Shown piece by piece: positions 38,275 to 49,078 of a stretch of DNA of 64,000 nt. Below the pieces are notes generated by a model, which searched no databases, was not told the origin of the DNA, and saw only the letters and a list, made by a program, of their open reading frames with translations. Both the position numbers and the translations under genes were made by a program. The stretch comes from Gemmatimonadota bacterium. Lineage in GTDB: Bacteria > Gemmatimonadota > Gemmatimonadetes > Gemmatimonadales > GWC2-71-9. The stretch is from contig QHTZ01000079.1 of the NCBI GenBank assembly GCA_003221005.1, forward strand, positions 1 to 64,000. The letters are read 5' to 3'. How positions within the stretch are numbered: the stretch's first letter is position 1; the number at the start of each line of letters is the position of its first letter.

Positions 38275-39870
38275 TCAGCGCTCCAGCAGCTCCAATCCCT
38301 CGACTCGCAAGGCCGGCCGCCCCCGCGCACGCAGCGCTCGGAGATCCGCTGCCGCCTGAGCGGCCTCCAACGCCCCGAATGTGAACGGCCTTCCCGGGAT
38401 TGCCACGTCCTCCCGCGCGGCCTCCGTGATCTGGAGGAAGTGGCCTCCCGGGGGGCCGCCCTTGTGCAGCTGACCCGTCGAGTGAAGCAACCGTGGGCCG
38501 TAGCCGAGCGTGGTCGCCACCTTGAGCCGGTCGCGCAGCCGCAACCGGATCGCCTCCAGGCGGCGATCGTATTCCGCGGTCGGCGGGAGGTAGGCCATCA
38601 GCGCGAGGTAGTCCCCCGGCCGGATCGCGGCGAGAAATGCTCGCAGCTCCGCCGCGCTCGAGGGAACGGGGGGCGCCGGCGCCACACGGCTCGCGAGCGC
38701 CGCGGTCGTGTTGGCCTTGGTCTCGGCGACATTCGGCTGGTCGAACGGGTTGATTCGGAGGATCGCGCCCGCCACCGCTGTCGCGAACTCCCAGCGGAAG
38801 AACTCCTGGCCCACATCGTAGGGGTCTGCGAGCGTGAGGCGCACCAGCGGATGCCCCGCCCCTTCGAGCGCAGCGAGGCGTGTTGCCACAGTGCGGTCTT
38901 CCTCTCCCGCGAGCGTGAGGGCGACGAAGACCCGGTCGCGCCCGTGTACGTCGGGCGCTCCGAGGGGCTCGCCCACGACGGGCAGAATACCCTTCCCTTC
39001 TTTGCCGGTGCTCTCGGCGATGAGCTGCTCCGCCCACAGACCGAGGCTTGCGATCCCGGGCGACAGGACGAACGTGAGCTTGTCCCGCCCGTCCATCGCC
39101 GCGGCTCCGAGGATGGCGCCGAGCCGGGCGGCGGGGTTGTCGACCGCGGGCACCTCGCGGGCGCACGCCTCGGCCACCCGCTGCGCCCGCTGCAGCAGCC
39201 GGCGGACGTCGATGCCGAGGAGTGCGGCGGGGACGAGCCCGAAGTACGAGAGCGCCGAGTACCGGCCCCCGATATCGGGCGGGTTGAGGAACGCCTGGCG
39301 GAACCCGGACTCCCGGGCCAGCCGGGCAAGCGGCGTATCGGGATCCGTGATCGCAACGAACTGGTCCCCGCGCCCTCTTGCGCGCTCCCAGAAGTAGCGG
39401 AAGAAGCAGTCCGTCTCGAGCGTGGTCCCCGACTTGCTCGAAACGAGAAACAGGGTGCGCGTGAGATCGCCGGCCGCTGCCGCGGCGACGGCCCGTGGGT
39501 CGGTGCTGTCGAGCACGACGAGCGACGGGTGGCCGCGCGCGCTGCCGAAGGTACGCCGCAGCACTTCGGGAGCGAGGCTCGAGCCGCCCATGCCGCACAG
39601 CACGACGCGATCGCAGCTCGCCCGGATCTCGGCGGCAAACGCTGTTAGGGTCGCCGTCTCGTCGAGCATCGCCCCGACAACGGTCAGCCACCCGAGGCGA
39701 TCCGCGATCTCCGGCGTCCCGGGGTCGTCCTTCCACACCGTGGGATCCCTGTCCCAAATGCGGCGAGGCACGTGCGCGTCCTCGAGCTGGGCGAGGCGCT
39801 GCGCCACCGCGGTGTCGAATGCGCCGGCTGTGGCCTGCTTCAGGGTGGAGGGGTCGTCACGCCGCGCCAC
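38275..39870 (-). CDS. pgi: Glucose-6-phosphate isomerase (Pgi half of the Tal/Pgi family)
   Basis: GMGGSSL, SSKSGTTLE, GGRYS, EQLIAESTGKEG, NPFDQPNV, GPR.LHSTGQLHKGG; start approximate. Confidence 0.85.
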   Translation of the reverse strand: MARRDDPSTLKQATAGAFDTAVAQRLAQLEDAHVPRRIWDRDPTVWKDDPGTPEIADRLGWLTVVGAMLDETATLTAFAAEIRASCDRVVLCGMGGSSLAPEVLRRTFGSARGHPSLVVLDSTDPRAVAAAAAGDLTRTLFLVSSKSGTTLETDCFFRYFWERARGRGDQFVAITDPDTPLARLARESGFRQAFLNPPDIGGRYSALSYFGLVPAALLGIDVRRLLQRAQRVAEACAREVPAVDNPAARLGAILGAAAMDGRDKLTFVLSPGIASLGLWAEQLIAESTGKEGKGILPVVGEPLGAPDVHGRDRVFVALTLAGEEDRTVATRLAALEGAGHPLVRLTLADPYDVGQEFFRWEFATAVAGAILRINPFDQPNVAETKANTTAALASRVAPAPPVPSSAAELRAFLAAIRPGDYLALMAYLPPTAEYDRRLEAIRLRLRDRLKVATTLGYGPRLLHSTGQLHKGGPPGGHFLQITEAAREDVAIPGRPFTFGALEAAQAAADLRALRARGRPALRVEGLELLER

Positions 39871-40247
39871 GCCCCGCCGGAGAGGGTGATGACTGTCGTA
39901 GCGAGGACGAGGACGGCGACGTCCAGGCGCCATCCGAGCTCGGTGGCGGGCGCAGCCATCTGCACGAAATAGAGCACGAAGTCGAACAGCCCGACGAGCA
40001 ACCCCAGCAGCAGGGTGCGCTGCAGCGGCCGCCCGAGCCGCGCCAGCACGCTTCCCGTCACGAGGGCGACCGCGCCCTGCCCGGCCGCAAGCGCCAACGC
40101 TGTGACCGCATCGCTGAACAGCGTGTGCATCAGGCCGGCACGGTTCGGGATGTAGCTGAAGAACCAGGTGTGGATCAGCGTGATCGCAAGCCCCGCCGCC
40201 GCGGCGCAGAGCACCGTCCACACGGCGTAATACACGACGATCTTCAT
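39840..40247 (-). CDS. Hypothetical 4-TM membrane protein
   Basis: 135 aa with four hydrophobic segments; fills the gap between the peptidase and pgi. Confidence 0.65.
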   Translation of the reverse strand: MKIVVYYAVWTVLCAAAAGLAITLIHTWFFSYIPNRAGLMHTLFSDAVTALALAAGQGAVALVTGSVLARLGRPLQRTLLLGLLVGLFDFVLYFVQMAAPATELGWRLDVAVLVLATTVITLSGGAWRGVTTPPP

Positions 40248-40318
40248 CCGGTCACCCGCGTCCGGCATCAGTTCGGACCTCCGTCGTCCGCAAATCTGTG
40301 CGGGCCCGGGGCCGGGCG

Positions 40319-42421
40319 CTAGCGGAGCGCGGCAGTCGCCTGCTCGACCGCCTCACGCGCCTGGTCCACGTGGTTGACGAGATCGGCCAGCTCGCGCTCC
40401 GCGGTGGAGGGGTCCGCGAAGCGAATCGCCTCGTTGACCGAAGGGAAGGCCATCGTCGAGTACCCGTTGTCCACGTCCGACGCGAACTCAAGGCTCCGGT
40501 TCCAGGGGCGGCTGACGAGGCCCTGCGGGCGGGTGAGGCGGCGCTCCACCTGCATCAGCCACCGGTTGACCTGGGCGGCCCGCACCGCCGGGAGGTCGTC
40601 GGCGAGCGCGCTGTCCCGCGCCGCGGCGAACGCCTGCCCCGCGGCCGCCAACCTCGTGAGCGCGGTTAGGAGCGCCGCCGTGGGAACGCTCCAGTGCCGC
40701 GCCGCGAGGTTGCTGTCGAGGTCGGTCACGTACCCCGCGAGCTCGCCGCCCAGCGCCGCGCAGTCGAGCGGCAGAATCGGCGCGTTCGCCAGCCGTGCCA
40801 CGGCCAGGCTGACGAGCTGCGCCACCGCGCGGTGCGCGCGGTAGCCGCGATCGCCGAAGCGCGTCATCCACGCATACGAGTCGTACATCGAGTGGTACAC
40901 TCCGTTGAGACTGCCGAAGGAGACTGAGGCGGAGGGGATGCCGAGATGATGGGTGAACGCCGCGAAATCCGACCCGCCACCCAGGTTGTCGAGCCGCAGC
41001 GCGCTGGTGTCGCTCAGCCCCTCCCGGAGCCACGCGTCATACACTGTGCCGTGTCCCCCGGGCTCGGGAACGTAGTGCGTGAGATCGCGGATGAGCGGCT
41101 TGAGCGAGGGCGACGCCGCGGCCGCGAACCGTGTCCCGCTTGCGACGTCGTCCTCGTTGATGTAGGCGACCACGTGGGCGTTGACGGAGTCCTCCAGCTC
41201 CTCCACCCACTCGGTCGACCCCATCAAGCCCCATTCCTCGGCGTCCCACGTGACGAAGACAACCGTCCGCGCCGGCCGCAGCGCCGCTCGCGCCAGCGCC
41301 GCGAAGGCCCGGGCCGTCTCCAGCACGGTGACGGTTCCGCTCACGTTGTCGCCGGCGCCTGGGGACCAAGCGTCGCGATGTGCCCCCACGACGACCCATT
41401 CGTCAGGGTAGGTGGTCCCCCGGATGATGCCGAACGTATTCCAGATGGGATGCAGCGCCCGCGCACCCCGCTCGCTCCTCACCTTCAGCCGCAGCCGCGC
41501 GGGGCCCGGACCGACTCGGTACTGAAACGGCAGCCCTCCCTGCCACCCCTCGGGAGCCGCCGGACCGGCCAGCTTGGCAAGGAAGCGGCGCGCGTTCCCG
41601 TATCCCATCGGGATCACCGGGATCCGCGGCACGGGGAGGGAATCCTCGGGCAGGCGGACGGCGCCCGCGGTGGACGGGGCGCCGGGCGTGGTCGGATCAC
41701 CGCTCGGGTTCATCACGGTGCCGCGCTGGATGCCACCCGGCGGCCGCATCGGTCCGCGGGGGTAAACCTCCCCGCGCACGTAGCCGTCGTCCAACGGGTC
41801 CGAGTACAGGATCAACCCCACGGCGCCGTGATTCTCCGCCTCCCGCGCCTTGATCCCCCGGAAGGATCGGCCGTAGCGCGCCACGACAATGCTGCCGCGC
41901 ACGCTGACGCCCAGGGAGTCGAGGGTCCGGTAGTCCGTGCCGAGCCCTGTATTGACGTACACGACGGGCGCCGTCACGTCGCCGTCGTGGCCGTACGCAT
42001 TGAAGGGCGGCACTTGCGGCCCGGCGCTGGTGCGATCGCCCCGCACCGCCGGCTCGTCGAGGTTCAGCCGCACCGCGGTCGACCCCGGGCCGGTGGTGAG
42101 CCAAGCGCTCACGACCTCCGGCTGTGGCAGGTAGACCAGGTACTCCTTGGTCCACGTCTCGAGACCCCACGATCGCAGCTGCGCGATCACGTAATCCCGC
42201 GTCGCGGCCTGGGCCGGGGTACCGGCCATGTGGGGACTGGCGCTCAGAGTGCGGGTCATCAACCGGGCACTCGCCGTGTCAGGGATAGTGAGGAGACGCG
42301 CTTCGAAGCTTGCCTCGGTGGCGCCCACGGATGGGGCGACGCCCGTTTGGGCGGATAGCCAGGCGGGCGCAGCGGCGGTCACGAAACAGGAGAGCAGCGG
42401 GGCGTAGCGGCGCGGGGGCAT
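40319..42421 (-). CDS. M28 family peptidase (glutamate carboxypeptidase II-like, PA and TfR-dimer domains), secreted
   Basis: PHMAGT, RYG..FRG.K, GAHRDAW, DNVSG, WDAEEWGL.GSTE, GSDF, YHS.YD. Confidence 0.9.
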   Translation of the reverse strand: MPPRRYAPLLSCFVTAAAPAWLSAQTGVAPSVGATEASFEARLLTIPDTASARLMTRTLSASPHMAGTPAQAATRDYVIAQLRSWGLETWTKEYLVYLPQPEVVSAWLTTGPGSTAVRLNLDEPAVRGDRTSAGPQVPPFNAYGHDGDVTAPVVYVNTGLGTDYRTLDSLGVSVRGSIVVARYGRSFRGIKAREAENHGAVGLILYSDPLDDGYVRGEVYPRGPMRPPGGIQRGTVMNPSGDPTTPGAPSTAGAVRLPEDSLPVPRIPVIPMGYGNARRFLAKLAGPAAPEGWQGGLPFQYRVGPGPARLRLKVRSERGARALHPIWNTFGIIRGTTYPDEWVVVGAHRDAWSPGAGDNVSGTVTVLETARAFAALARAALRPARTVVFVTWDAEEWGLMGSTEWVEELEDSVNAHVVAYINEDDVASGTRFAAAASPSLKPLIRDLTHYVPEPGGHGTVYDAWLREGLSDTSALRLDNLGGGSDFAAFTHHLGIPSASVSFGSLNGVYHSMYDSYAWMTRFGDRGYRAHRAVAQLVSLAVARLANAPILPLDCAALGGELAGYVTDLDSNLAARHWSVPTAALLTALTRLAAAGQAFAAARDSALADDLPAVRAAQVNRWLMQVERRLTRPQGLVSRPWNRSLEFASDVDNGYSTMAFPSVNEAIRFADPSTAERELADLVNHVDQAREAVEQATAALR

Positions 42422-42537
42422 GGCGAGATGACGGGCAAATGAGGAGTTCAAGATCCGCCTCGGCGAGGGGCCGCGCCACCCCGCGACTGTTTGCGCGTCG
42501 CGCGTCGAAACGCGAAATTGGGCGAGGCACGGTCCGC

Positions 42538-44380
42538 ATGACCCTGCAGCGTGGGCTCAGTCTGCGTAATCTGCTGCTGCTGCTGTTCCTGGCGGCGGCG
42601 CTCTATGCCGGTGCCTTGCCCGTCTATCTGTTCGTCCGCGTGGGCGCGGCTGCCGCCGTGCTGGCCCAGGGCACACAGGGTGTCGTGCGTCTGGTCGTGG
42701 ACCTGCGGCAGCGCGTCGAGGCTGCGGAAAATGCGGTGGGGCTCGCGCGGCGAGCCGTGGCCACCCGGGCGTCGCTTCCTGGCGACTCGATTCGTACCCT
42801 CGCCGCGCGCGCTGCCGCCCCGTCGCCCGCGGCCGAGCCCCCGGCCGTGTCGGCGGCGCTCGGGACAGAAGCGGCGCGCGTCCACGGTTCGCTGTCGGAG
42901 CTGGCGCGCGACGTAGTTGCTGCGGCCCAGCTCATAGAGCGACGCCGCTGGCCCGACGCGGCGCGCGGCGTCGCGCTCGTGGATTCCCTCAACACCCGGG
43001 CGCGCGAGCAGCTGCTGGTCGTGAGCCGTCTCGCGGGGGACGATCTCCTGGAGCGCGTGGCTGCCGTGGTAGCGGCCACCGCCGAAGTGCGTCGCGACTC
43101 CGCGCTCTGGCTCGTGTTCGGTCTGTTTCTGACCTGGCTGGGTCTCATCACTATCCGGCGGCGCATCCTGCAGCCGCTCAGCGCGCTCGAGACCGGGTTG
43201 ACGCGCGTCTCCGAAGGCGACCTCAACACCCCCGTGCCCGTGCTGCGGATGGACGAGGCGGGCCGGCTCGCGGCTCACTTCAACGAGATGACGCGCGTGC
43301 TCCGCAACCGGGCGGAGGAACAGGGCCGGTTCGCAGCGGCGGGCGAGCTGCTCGCGGGCGTGGCGCACGAAGTGAACAACCCGCTGATGGCGATCGCGGC
43401 ACACGCCGAGAACCGCCTCGCGGACCCCGCGATCACGCCGGAGCAGCGGGACGAGATGCAGCAGGTGCTGCGCCAGGCGCAGCGGGCGACGAAACTGCTG
43501 CGCGGACTGCTGCGCTTCGTCCGTGCCACTGAGCGGCAGATGACCAGCATCAACCTGAACGACGTGGTGCGTGGCGCCCTCGACCTCGTGTCGTACCGGT
43601 TCGGCGTGGACGAGATTACCGTGGGCGGCCGCCTCGACCCGAACCTGCCGCCGGTGCAGGGTGACGCCATCCGCCTCGAGCAGGTGGTCGTCAACCTGCT
43701 GTCGAACCGTGTCCGTCGCGGTCAGCGACAACGGCCTCGGCGTCCCAGCCGAGATCGCGGACCGGCTGTTCCGGCCTTTTGCCACGACGAAAGGGCGCCA
43801 GGGGACGGGCCTCGGGCTGTACGTCTCGCGCCAGATTGCCCGAGAATCCGGGGGCGATGTCGTCCTCGCGCGGGACGCCGACGGGGGGCGAGGGACGGGC
43901 GCACGCTTCGTGATGACTCTGCCGACCACCGCGCGGGAGCAACCGGCGCCGGAGCGGGCTGCCGCTCCCCCAAGTGACGGTGCCCCAGCGGCCCGCCTGG
44001 CGGGCGTGTGCGTCCTGATCGTGGACGACGAGGCCCCTGTCCGCCGGCCGATGGCGCGATTTCTGATCCGGCGCGGTGCTCAGGTCTACGAGGCGGGGGA
44101 CGGGGCCGAGGCCCTGGAATGGCTCTCGGCTCGAAGCGCCGACGTGATCCTGGTCGACCTCCGCATGCCTCGGATGAGCGGCATCGAGCTGTTCGCCAAG
44201 CTCGAGGCGACCCACCCCGAGCTCGCCGCCCGGGTCCTGTTCCTCTCGGGGGACGTCTCCCAGCTGGCCGAGCCCGGCAACACGCCCGTCCCACGGGAGC
44301 GCGTGCTCGTGAAGCCGGTGGAGCTGGCGGCTCTGGAGGAGCGAGTCGCCCAATTGGTCGCGGAGCGGACAGCCCTATAG
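42538..44380 (+). pseudogene. Hybrid sensor histidine kinase/response regulator (TM-HAMP-HisKA-HATPase-REC), frameshifted near 43707 as assembled
   Basis: HAMP, GVAHEVNNPL and EQVVVNLLSN lie in one frame; VSDNG.G, FRPFATTK..GTGLGL and the REC domain (LIVDDE, DLRMP, KP) lie in the next frame. Confidence 0.85.
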
Positions 44381-44419
44381 CTGGCCAGGAACGCGGGACA
44401 GCGATAGGATGGAGGGGGC

Positions 44420-44686
44420 ATGCTGATCGTCGTCGTGCTGCTCATCACTGTGCTGATGCGGTTCGCGATCGTGACTGCGGCCGTGTACCTCCTCCTGCCT
44501 GCCGGTCCGCTGTGCCCCCATTGCAAGATCGACATGGTGCCGATCAAGAACTGGTTCTTCGATCGGTTGCTCCCGGCGCTGCAGCGGCGCTGGTGTCTCT
44601 CCTGCGGCTGGAATGGCGTAGTCCGCCGCGTGCGGTCGGCGCCGAAGCGTACCGGGAAGCGGAGCCCCCGCCCTATCCCTCGGTGA
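44420..44686 (+). CDS. Small membrane-anchored zinc-ribbon-like protein
   Basis: GGAGG SD; N-terminal TM, then CPHC...WCLSCGW. Confidence 0.7.
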   Translation: MLIVVVLLITVLMRFAIVTAAVYLLLPAGPLCPHCKIDMVPIKNWFFDRLLPALQRRWCLSCGWNGVVRRVRSAPKRTGKRSPRPIPR

Positions 44687-46001
44687 TCAGCCGCGAGGCG
44701 CGCTCGTAGAAGAAGTAATCCCACGCCCAGTTGAGCAGCACGAACAGCTTGTTGCGGAAGCCGATCAGCTGGATGATGTGCACCGTTAGCCACACGACCC
44801 ACGCGAGGAAACCCTTGAACGCCACGCCGTGGACGTACGCCACCGCGGCGTTGCGGCCGATGGTGGCGAGGGACCCCGGGTCACGATAGTGGAACGCGAT
44901 CGGCGCCGCGCCACGCAGCTGGCGGGCGATGTTCGCGGCAGCCGTCTCCGCCATCTGGATCGCCACGGGCGCCATCATCGGCAAGGGCTGCCCGTCCGCC
45001 TCGAGGTAGGCGGCGTCTCCGATGACGAAGACCTCGGGTCGACCGGCCACAGCGAGCGTGGGTTCGACCACGACTCGTCCCTGACGCGCCGTCGGCAGCC
45101 CGAGGCGTGTCGTGAGTGACGCCGCCTGGGCTCCCGCAGCCCAGACGAGGGTCCGCGCGGGGATCACTTCCCCGCTCTTGAGCGAGAGACGGCTGCCGTC
45201 GTAGTCCTGGACCGCTGCCCCGAACCGTACCTCGACGTGCTTGCGCCACAACGTTTCCGCCGCCGCGGCGCGCAGCCGCGCTGGCATCGTGCCGAGCAGC
45301 CGATCGGTCGCTTCGAGCAGCAGGACGCGCACGTCCTTGATGTTGAGGCGCGGGTAATCCTTCACCAGCACCAACCGGATCAGCTCGGATAGGGCTCCCG
45401 CCATCTCGACGCCGGTGGGTCCGCCGCCCACGATCGCGAACGTGAGCAGCGCCCGGCGCCGCTCGGCGTCGGGCTCGAGCACGCCACGCTCGAAACAGCT
45501 CAACACGTGGTTCCGGATCGCTACGGCCTCGGCTGTGTCCTTGAGCCCGAACCCGTGCCGCCGGATGCTCTCGAGCCCGAAGTAGTTGGTCTCGCCACCC
45601 AGCGCGAGGATGAGGTAGTCGTAGGGGATCGGGCCGTCGCCCGTGAGCACGCGTTTGCCCGCGAGGTCGAGTCCCGTCATTTCGGCCATGCGAAACTCGA
45701 ACCGCGGCTGGCCCCGGAGAATCGCCCGCACCGGCCGTGCGATGTGCTCGGGTTCGAGGCCCGCCGTGGCCACCTGGTAGAGCAGCGGTTGGAACAGGTG
45801 ATAGTTGTGGCGGTCGAGCAGTACCACGTCCACCGGCGCTCGTTTGAGTGCGCGGGCGGCGCGCAGCCCGCCGAACCCGGCGCCGACAATGACAACGGTC
45901 GGTCGTCCGGTGGAGGGCCGCTCAGCCACCGCCGCGTCGTCGCGGGGGATCGCCTTGGGCGGCGTGGAAAGGGTTGCGTCGCGCGTGCGGGCTTCGTTCA
46001 T
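44673..46001 (-). CDS. ndh: Type II NADH dehydrogenase (NDH-2)
   Basis: GAGFGG, FQPLLYQVAT, GGGPTGVE.AG, VWAAG, AIQM, GSLATIGR. Confidence 0.92.
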   Translation of the reverse strand: MNEARTRDATLSTPPKAIPRDDAAVAERPSTGRPTVVIVGAGFGGLRAARALKRAPVDVVLLDRHNYHLFQPLLYQVATAGLEPEHIARPVRAILRGQPRFEFRMAEMTGLDLAGKRVLTGDGPIPYDYLILALGGETNYFGLESIRRHGFGLKDTAEAVAIRNHVLSCFERGVLEPDAERRRALLTFAIVGGGPTGVEMAGALSELIRLVLVKDYPRLNIKDVRVLLLEATDRLLGTMPARLRAAAAETLWRKHVEVRFGAAVQDYDGSRLSLKSGEVIPARTLVWAAGAQAASLTTRLGLPTARQGRVVVEPTLAVAGRPEVFVIGDAAYLEADGQPLPMMAPVAIQMAETAAANIARQLRGAAPIAFHYRDPGSLATIGRNAAVAYVHGVAFKGFLAWVVWLTVHIIQLIGFRNKLFVLLNWAWDYFFYERASRLITEG

Positions 46002-46049
46002 CGTACCCCCGCGGCACGGTAGCGCTTGTCGGGTCGCGCGTCTAGGCCG

Positions 46050-46388
46050 CTACTCCAGCACGACGGCCGTGCCGTAGCAGAGGACTTCAGTCGCCGAGGC
46101 GCGGGCGGCGACCTCGGAAGCGTCGAAGGCCACGCCGACCACTGCGTTGGCGCCGAGCTCGCGGGCGTGCTCGAGCATCAGATCGTACGCCGCCTGGCGC
46201 GCCTGCTCGCACATCTCGGTGTATGCGCCGATGCGGCCCCCCACGATGCTCTTTAGGCCGCCGAGGATCCCCTGCGCGATGGTGGGCGCGCGCACGGTGA
46301 TGCCGCGGACGACCCCTTTGTACTCGCGGATCCGGCGGCCTTGCACGTCGTACGTCGTCGAGACGACCAGCGCCGATTGGATGGCCAT
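46050..46388 (-). CDS. ybjQ: YbjQ/UPF0145 family protein
   Basis: [10 protein letters not shown]...KSIVGG..GAY...GANAVVG...YGTAV. Confidence 0.9.
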   Translation of the reverse strand: MAIQSALVVSTTYDVQGRRIREYKGVVRGITVRAPTIAQGILGGLKSIVGGRIGAYTEMCEQARQAAYDLMLEHARELGANAVVGVAFDASEVAARASATEVLCYGTAVVLE

Positions 46389-46420
46389 CGCTTCCTCCCG
46401 TCGTGAAGTGTGCGCGCGCC

Positions 46421-46450
46421 TTGCTTGCCCGCCCGTCGTGCAGGTATCAT
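46421..46450 (+). promoter_or_regulatory. Putative sigma70 promoter of sdhCAB
   Basis: TTGCTT-18 nt-TATCAT upstream of sdhC. Confidence 0.45.
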
Positions 46451-46484
46451 CACCCCGTCCCTGCCCTCGCCCCCCGGAGCCCTG

Positions 46485-47162
46485 ATGCGCCGGCTGCTGA
46501 GCCTATCGCGCTCGGTTGTAGGCAAAAAGGTCATCATGGCCGTGTCCGGCCTGATCCTGTTCCTGTTCGTCGTGGGGCACCTGCTCGGGAATCTCAAAGT
46601 GTTCGAAGGGGCGGAGAAGTTCAACGCGTACGCCGAGGGCCTGCGCACCGTCGGGGCACCGTTCTTCGGGCGCGGCCAGCTGCTGTGGATCGCGCGGATT
46701 GCGCTGCTCGTTTCTCTGGTGGCGCACGTGTGGGCGGCACTCGGCGTCACGCTCGCGAGCCGCCAGGCCCGGCCGGTGGGGTACCGTTACCTCGAGACCA
46801 GCGAGACCACCTACGCAGCGCGCACGATGCGCTGGGGCGGCGTGCTCATCTTCCTCTACGTCGTGTACCACCTGCTCGACTTCACGTTCGGCCGGCTCAA
46901 CCCCAGCTTCGAGCCGGGGAACGTGTACCACAATGTGCTGGCGAGCTTCGCCCGCTGGCCGGTCTCCGCCGTGTACATCGCAGCGATGCTGGTGCTGGGA
47001 CTCCACGTCTACCACGGTGCCTGGAGCGCGTTGCAGACGCTGGGCTGGCACCGCCCCCCCACCGACCGGTGGCGCCGCGGTTTCGCCGCCGCCGTCGCCG
47101 GGGTGATCGCGGGGGGCTACATCACGATCCCGGTCGCCGTGCTCGCGGGGGTGCTGCGGTGA
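46485..47162 (+). CDS. sdhC: Succinate dehydrogenase/fumarate reductase cytochrome b subunit
   Basis: [13 protein letters not shown]...HLLGNL, heme-ligand histidines, [10 protein letters not shown]. Confidence 0.92.
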   Translation: MRRLLSLSRSVVGKKVIMAVSGLILFLFVVGHLLGNLKVFEGAEKFNAYAEGLRTVGAPFFGRGQLLWIARIALLVSLVAHVWAALGVTLASRQARPVGYRYLETSETTYAARTMRWGGVLIFLYVVYHLLDFTFGRLNPSFEPGNVYHNVLASFARWPVSAVYIAAMLVLGLHVYHGAWSALQTLGWHRPPTDRWRRGFAAAVAGVIAGGYITIPVAVLAGVLR

Positions 47163-49078
47163 CGTCGGCGCTCAACGCAAGAGTGCCCGCCGGGTCGCTC
47201 GAGACCAAGTGGACGCGACACCGGTCCGAGATCCGGCTCGTGGCCCCGGCCAACAAGCCCAAGCACCACATCCTGGTGGTCGGCTCGGGGCTGGCGGGCG
47301 CTTCGGCGGCGGCATCGCTCGCGGAGCTGGGCTACGGGGTTTCGTGCTTCTGTTTTCAGGACTCGCCCCGGCGCGCGCACTCGATCGCCGCGCAGGGGGG
47401 GATCAACGCGGCCAAGAACTATCAGAATGACGGCGACTCGATCTTCCGGTTGTTTTACGACACGCTGAAGGGGGGAGACTTCCGCGCGCGCGAGGCGAAC
47501 GTGTATCGCCTGGCGGAGCTGAGCGTCAACATCATCGATCAATGTGTGGCCCAGGGGGTCCCCTTCGCGCGCGAGTACGGCGGCCTGCTCGCGAATCGCT
47601 CCTTCGGCGGCGTGCAGGTTTCGCGGACTTTCTACGCGCGCGGCCAGACGGGGCAACAGCTGCTGCTCGGAGCCTATCAGGCCCTGTCGCGGCAGATCGG
47701 CCGCGGCAAGGTGCGGATGTACTCGCGCCACGAGATGCTCGACCTGGTCGTGCTCGACGGAGCGGCCCGCGGGATCGTGGTGCGCGACCTCGTGAGCGGG
47801 AGGCTCAGTTCCCACGTGGCCGACGCCGTCGTTCTGGCGACGGGTGGCTACAGCAACATTTACTATCTCTCCACCAATGCGAAGGGCTGCAACGTCACCG
47901 CCATCTGGCGGGCCCACAAGCGTGGCGCCGCGTTCGCGAACCCCTGCTTCACGCAGATCCATCCGACCTGCATCCCGCCCACGGGTCACCACCAGGCCAA
48001 GCTCACCCTGATGAGCGAGTCGCTGCGTAACGACGGGCGCATCTGGGTGCCGCGGAGTCGGGGCGACGGCCGGGCGCCGAACGAGGTCCCCGACGCAGAG
48101 CGGGACTACTACCTCGAGCGGCTGTACCCGAGCTACGGCAACCTGGTGCCCCGCGACGTCGCCTCGCGGCGGGCCAAGGAAGTCTGCGACGAGGGGCGCG
48201 GCGTCGGTCCGGGGGGTCACGGTGTGTACCTCGACTTTCGCGACGCGATCGCGCGTCATGGCCGCCACGTGATCGCGGAGCGCTACGGCAACCTGTTCGA
48301 GATGTACGAGCGGATCACGGGCGAGGACCCGTATCAGGTCCCGATGCGCATCTACCCGGCGCCCCACTACACGATGGGCGGCTTGTGGGTGGACTACAAT
48401 CTCATGAGTGCGATCCCCGGGCTGTTCGTGATCGGCGAGGCGAACTTCTCCGAGCACGGCGCCAACCGCCTAGGTGCCAGCGCGTTGATGCAGGGTCTCG
48501 CCGACGGCTACTTCATCCTCCCCTATACGATCGGCGACTATCTCGCGCAGGCGAAGCTCGCGCCCGCCGATGCGAGCCATGCCGCGTTCCGCCAGGTCGA
48601 GCGCGAGGTCGACGAGCGCGTCCAGAAGCTCCTGGCGGCGCAGGGCCGGCGCAGCGCCGACCAGTTCCACCGCGAGCTCGGCCGCCTGATGTGGGACCAC
48701 TGCGGCATGTCGCGCAACGCCGCCGGGTTGCGCCAGGCAGTGGAGCGCGTGCGCGCGCTGCGTCAGGAGTTCTGGGAGGACGTATACGTCGGCGGTGTCG
48801 GGGCCGATTTCAACCAGGCGCTTGAGCACGCGGGACGCGTGGCCGATTTCTTCGAGTTCGCCGAGTTGATGTGTCACGACGCGCTGCACCGGGAGGAGTC
48901 GTGCGGCTGCCACTTCCGCGAGGAGTATCAGACCCCGGAGGGTGAAGCGAAACGGGACGACGAGCGCTTCGGCTACGTGGCGGCGTGGGAGTTCACCGGG
49001 GTCGGCAACCCGCCCGTGCTGCACAAGGAGCCGCTCACGTTCGAGGTCGTCCACCCCTCGCAGCGGAGCTACAAGTAG
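47159..49078 (+). CDS. sdhA: Succinate dehydrogenase/fumarate reductase flavoprotein
   Basis: [34 protein letters not shown]. Confidence 0.96.
   Translation: MTSALNARVPAGSLETKWTRHRSEIRLVAPANKPKHHILVVGSGLAGASAAASLAELGYGVSCFCFQDSPRRAHSIAAQGGINAAKNYQNDGDSIFRLFYDTLKGGDFRAREANVYRLAELSVNIIDQCVAQGVPFAREYGGLLANRSFGGVQVSRTFYARGQTGQQLLLGAYQALSRQIGRGKVRMYSRHEMLDLVVLDGAARGIVVRDLVSGRLSSHVADAVVLATGGYSNIYYLSTNAKGCNVTAIWRAHKRGAAFANPCFTQIHPTCIPPTGHHQAKLTLMSESLRNDGRIWVPRSRGDGRAPNEVPDAERDYYLERLYPSYGNLVPRDVASRRAKEVCDEGRGVGPGGHGVYLDFRDAIARHGRHVIAERYGNLFEMYERITGEDPYQVPMRIYPAPHYTMGGLWVDYNLMSAIPGLFVIGEANFSEHGANRLGASALMQGLADGYFILPYTIGDYLAQAKLAPADASHAAFRQVEREVDERVQKLLAAQGRRSADQFHRELGRLMWDHCGMSRNAAGLRQAVERVRALRQEFWEDVYVGGVGADFNQALEHAGRVADFFEFAELMCHDALHREESCGCHFREEYQTPEGEAKRDDERFGYVAAWEFTGVGNPPVLHKEPLTFEVVHPSQRSYK

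Noticed and set aside
43680-43730. Programmed ribosomal frameshifting as the explanation for the split genes
   Set aside because: There is no slippery heptamer, and conserved residues are missing at the junctions, which indicates deletion rather than recoding.
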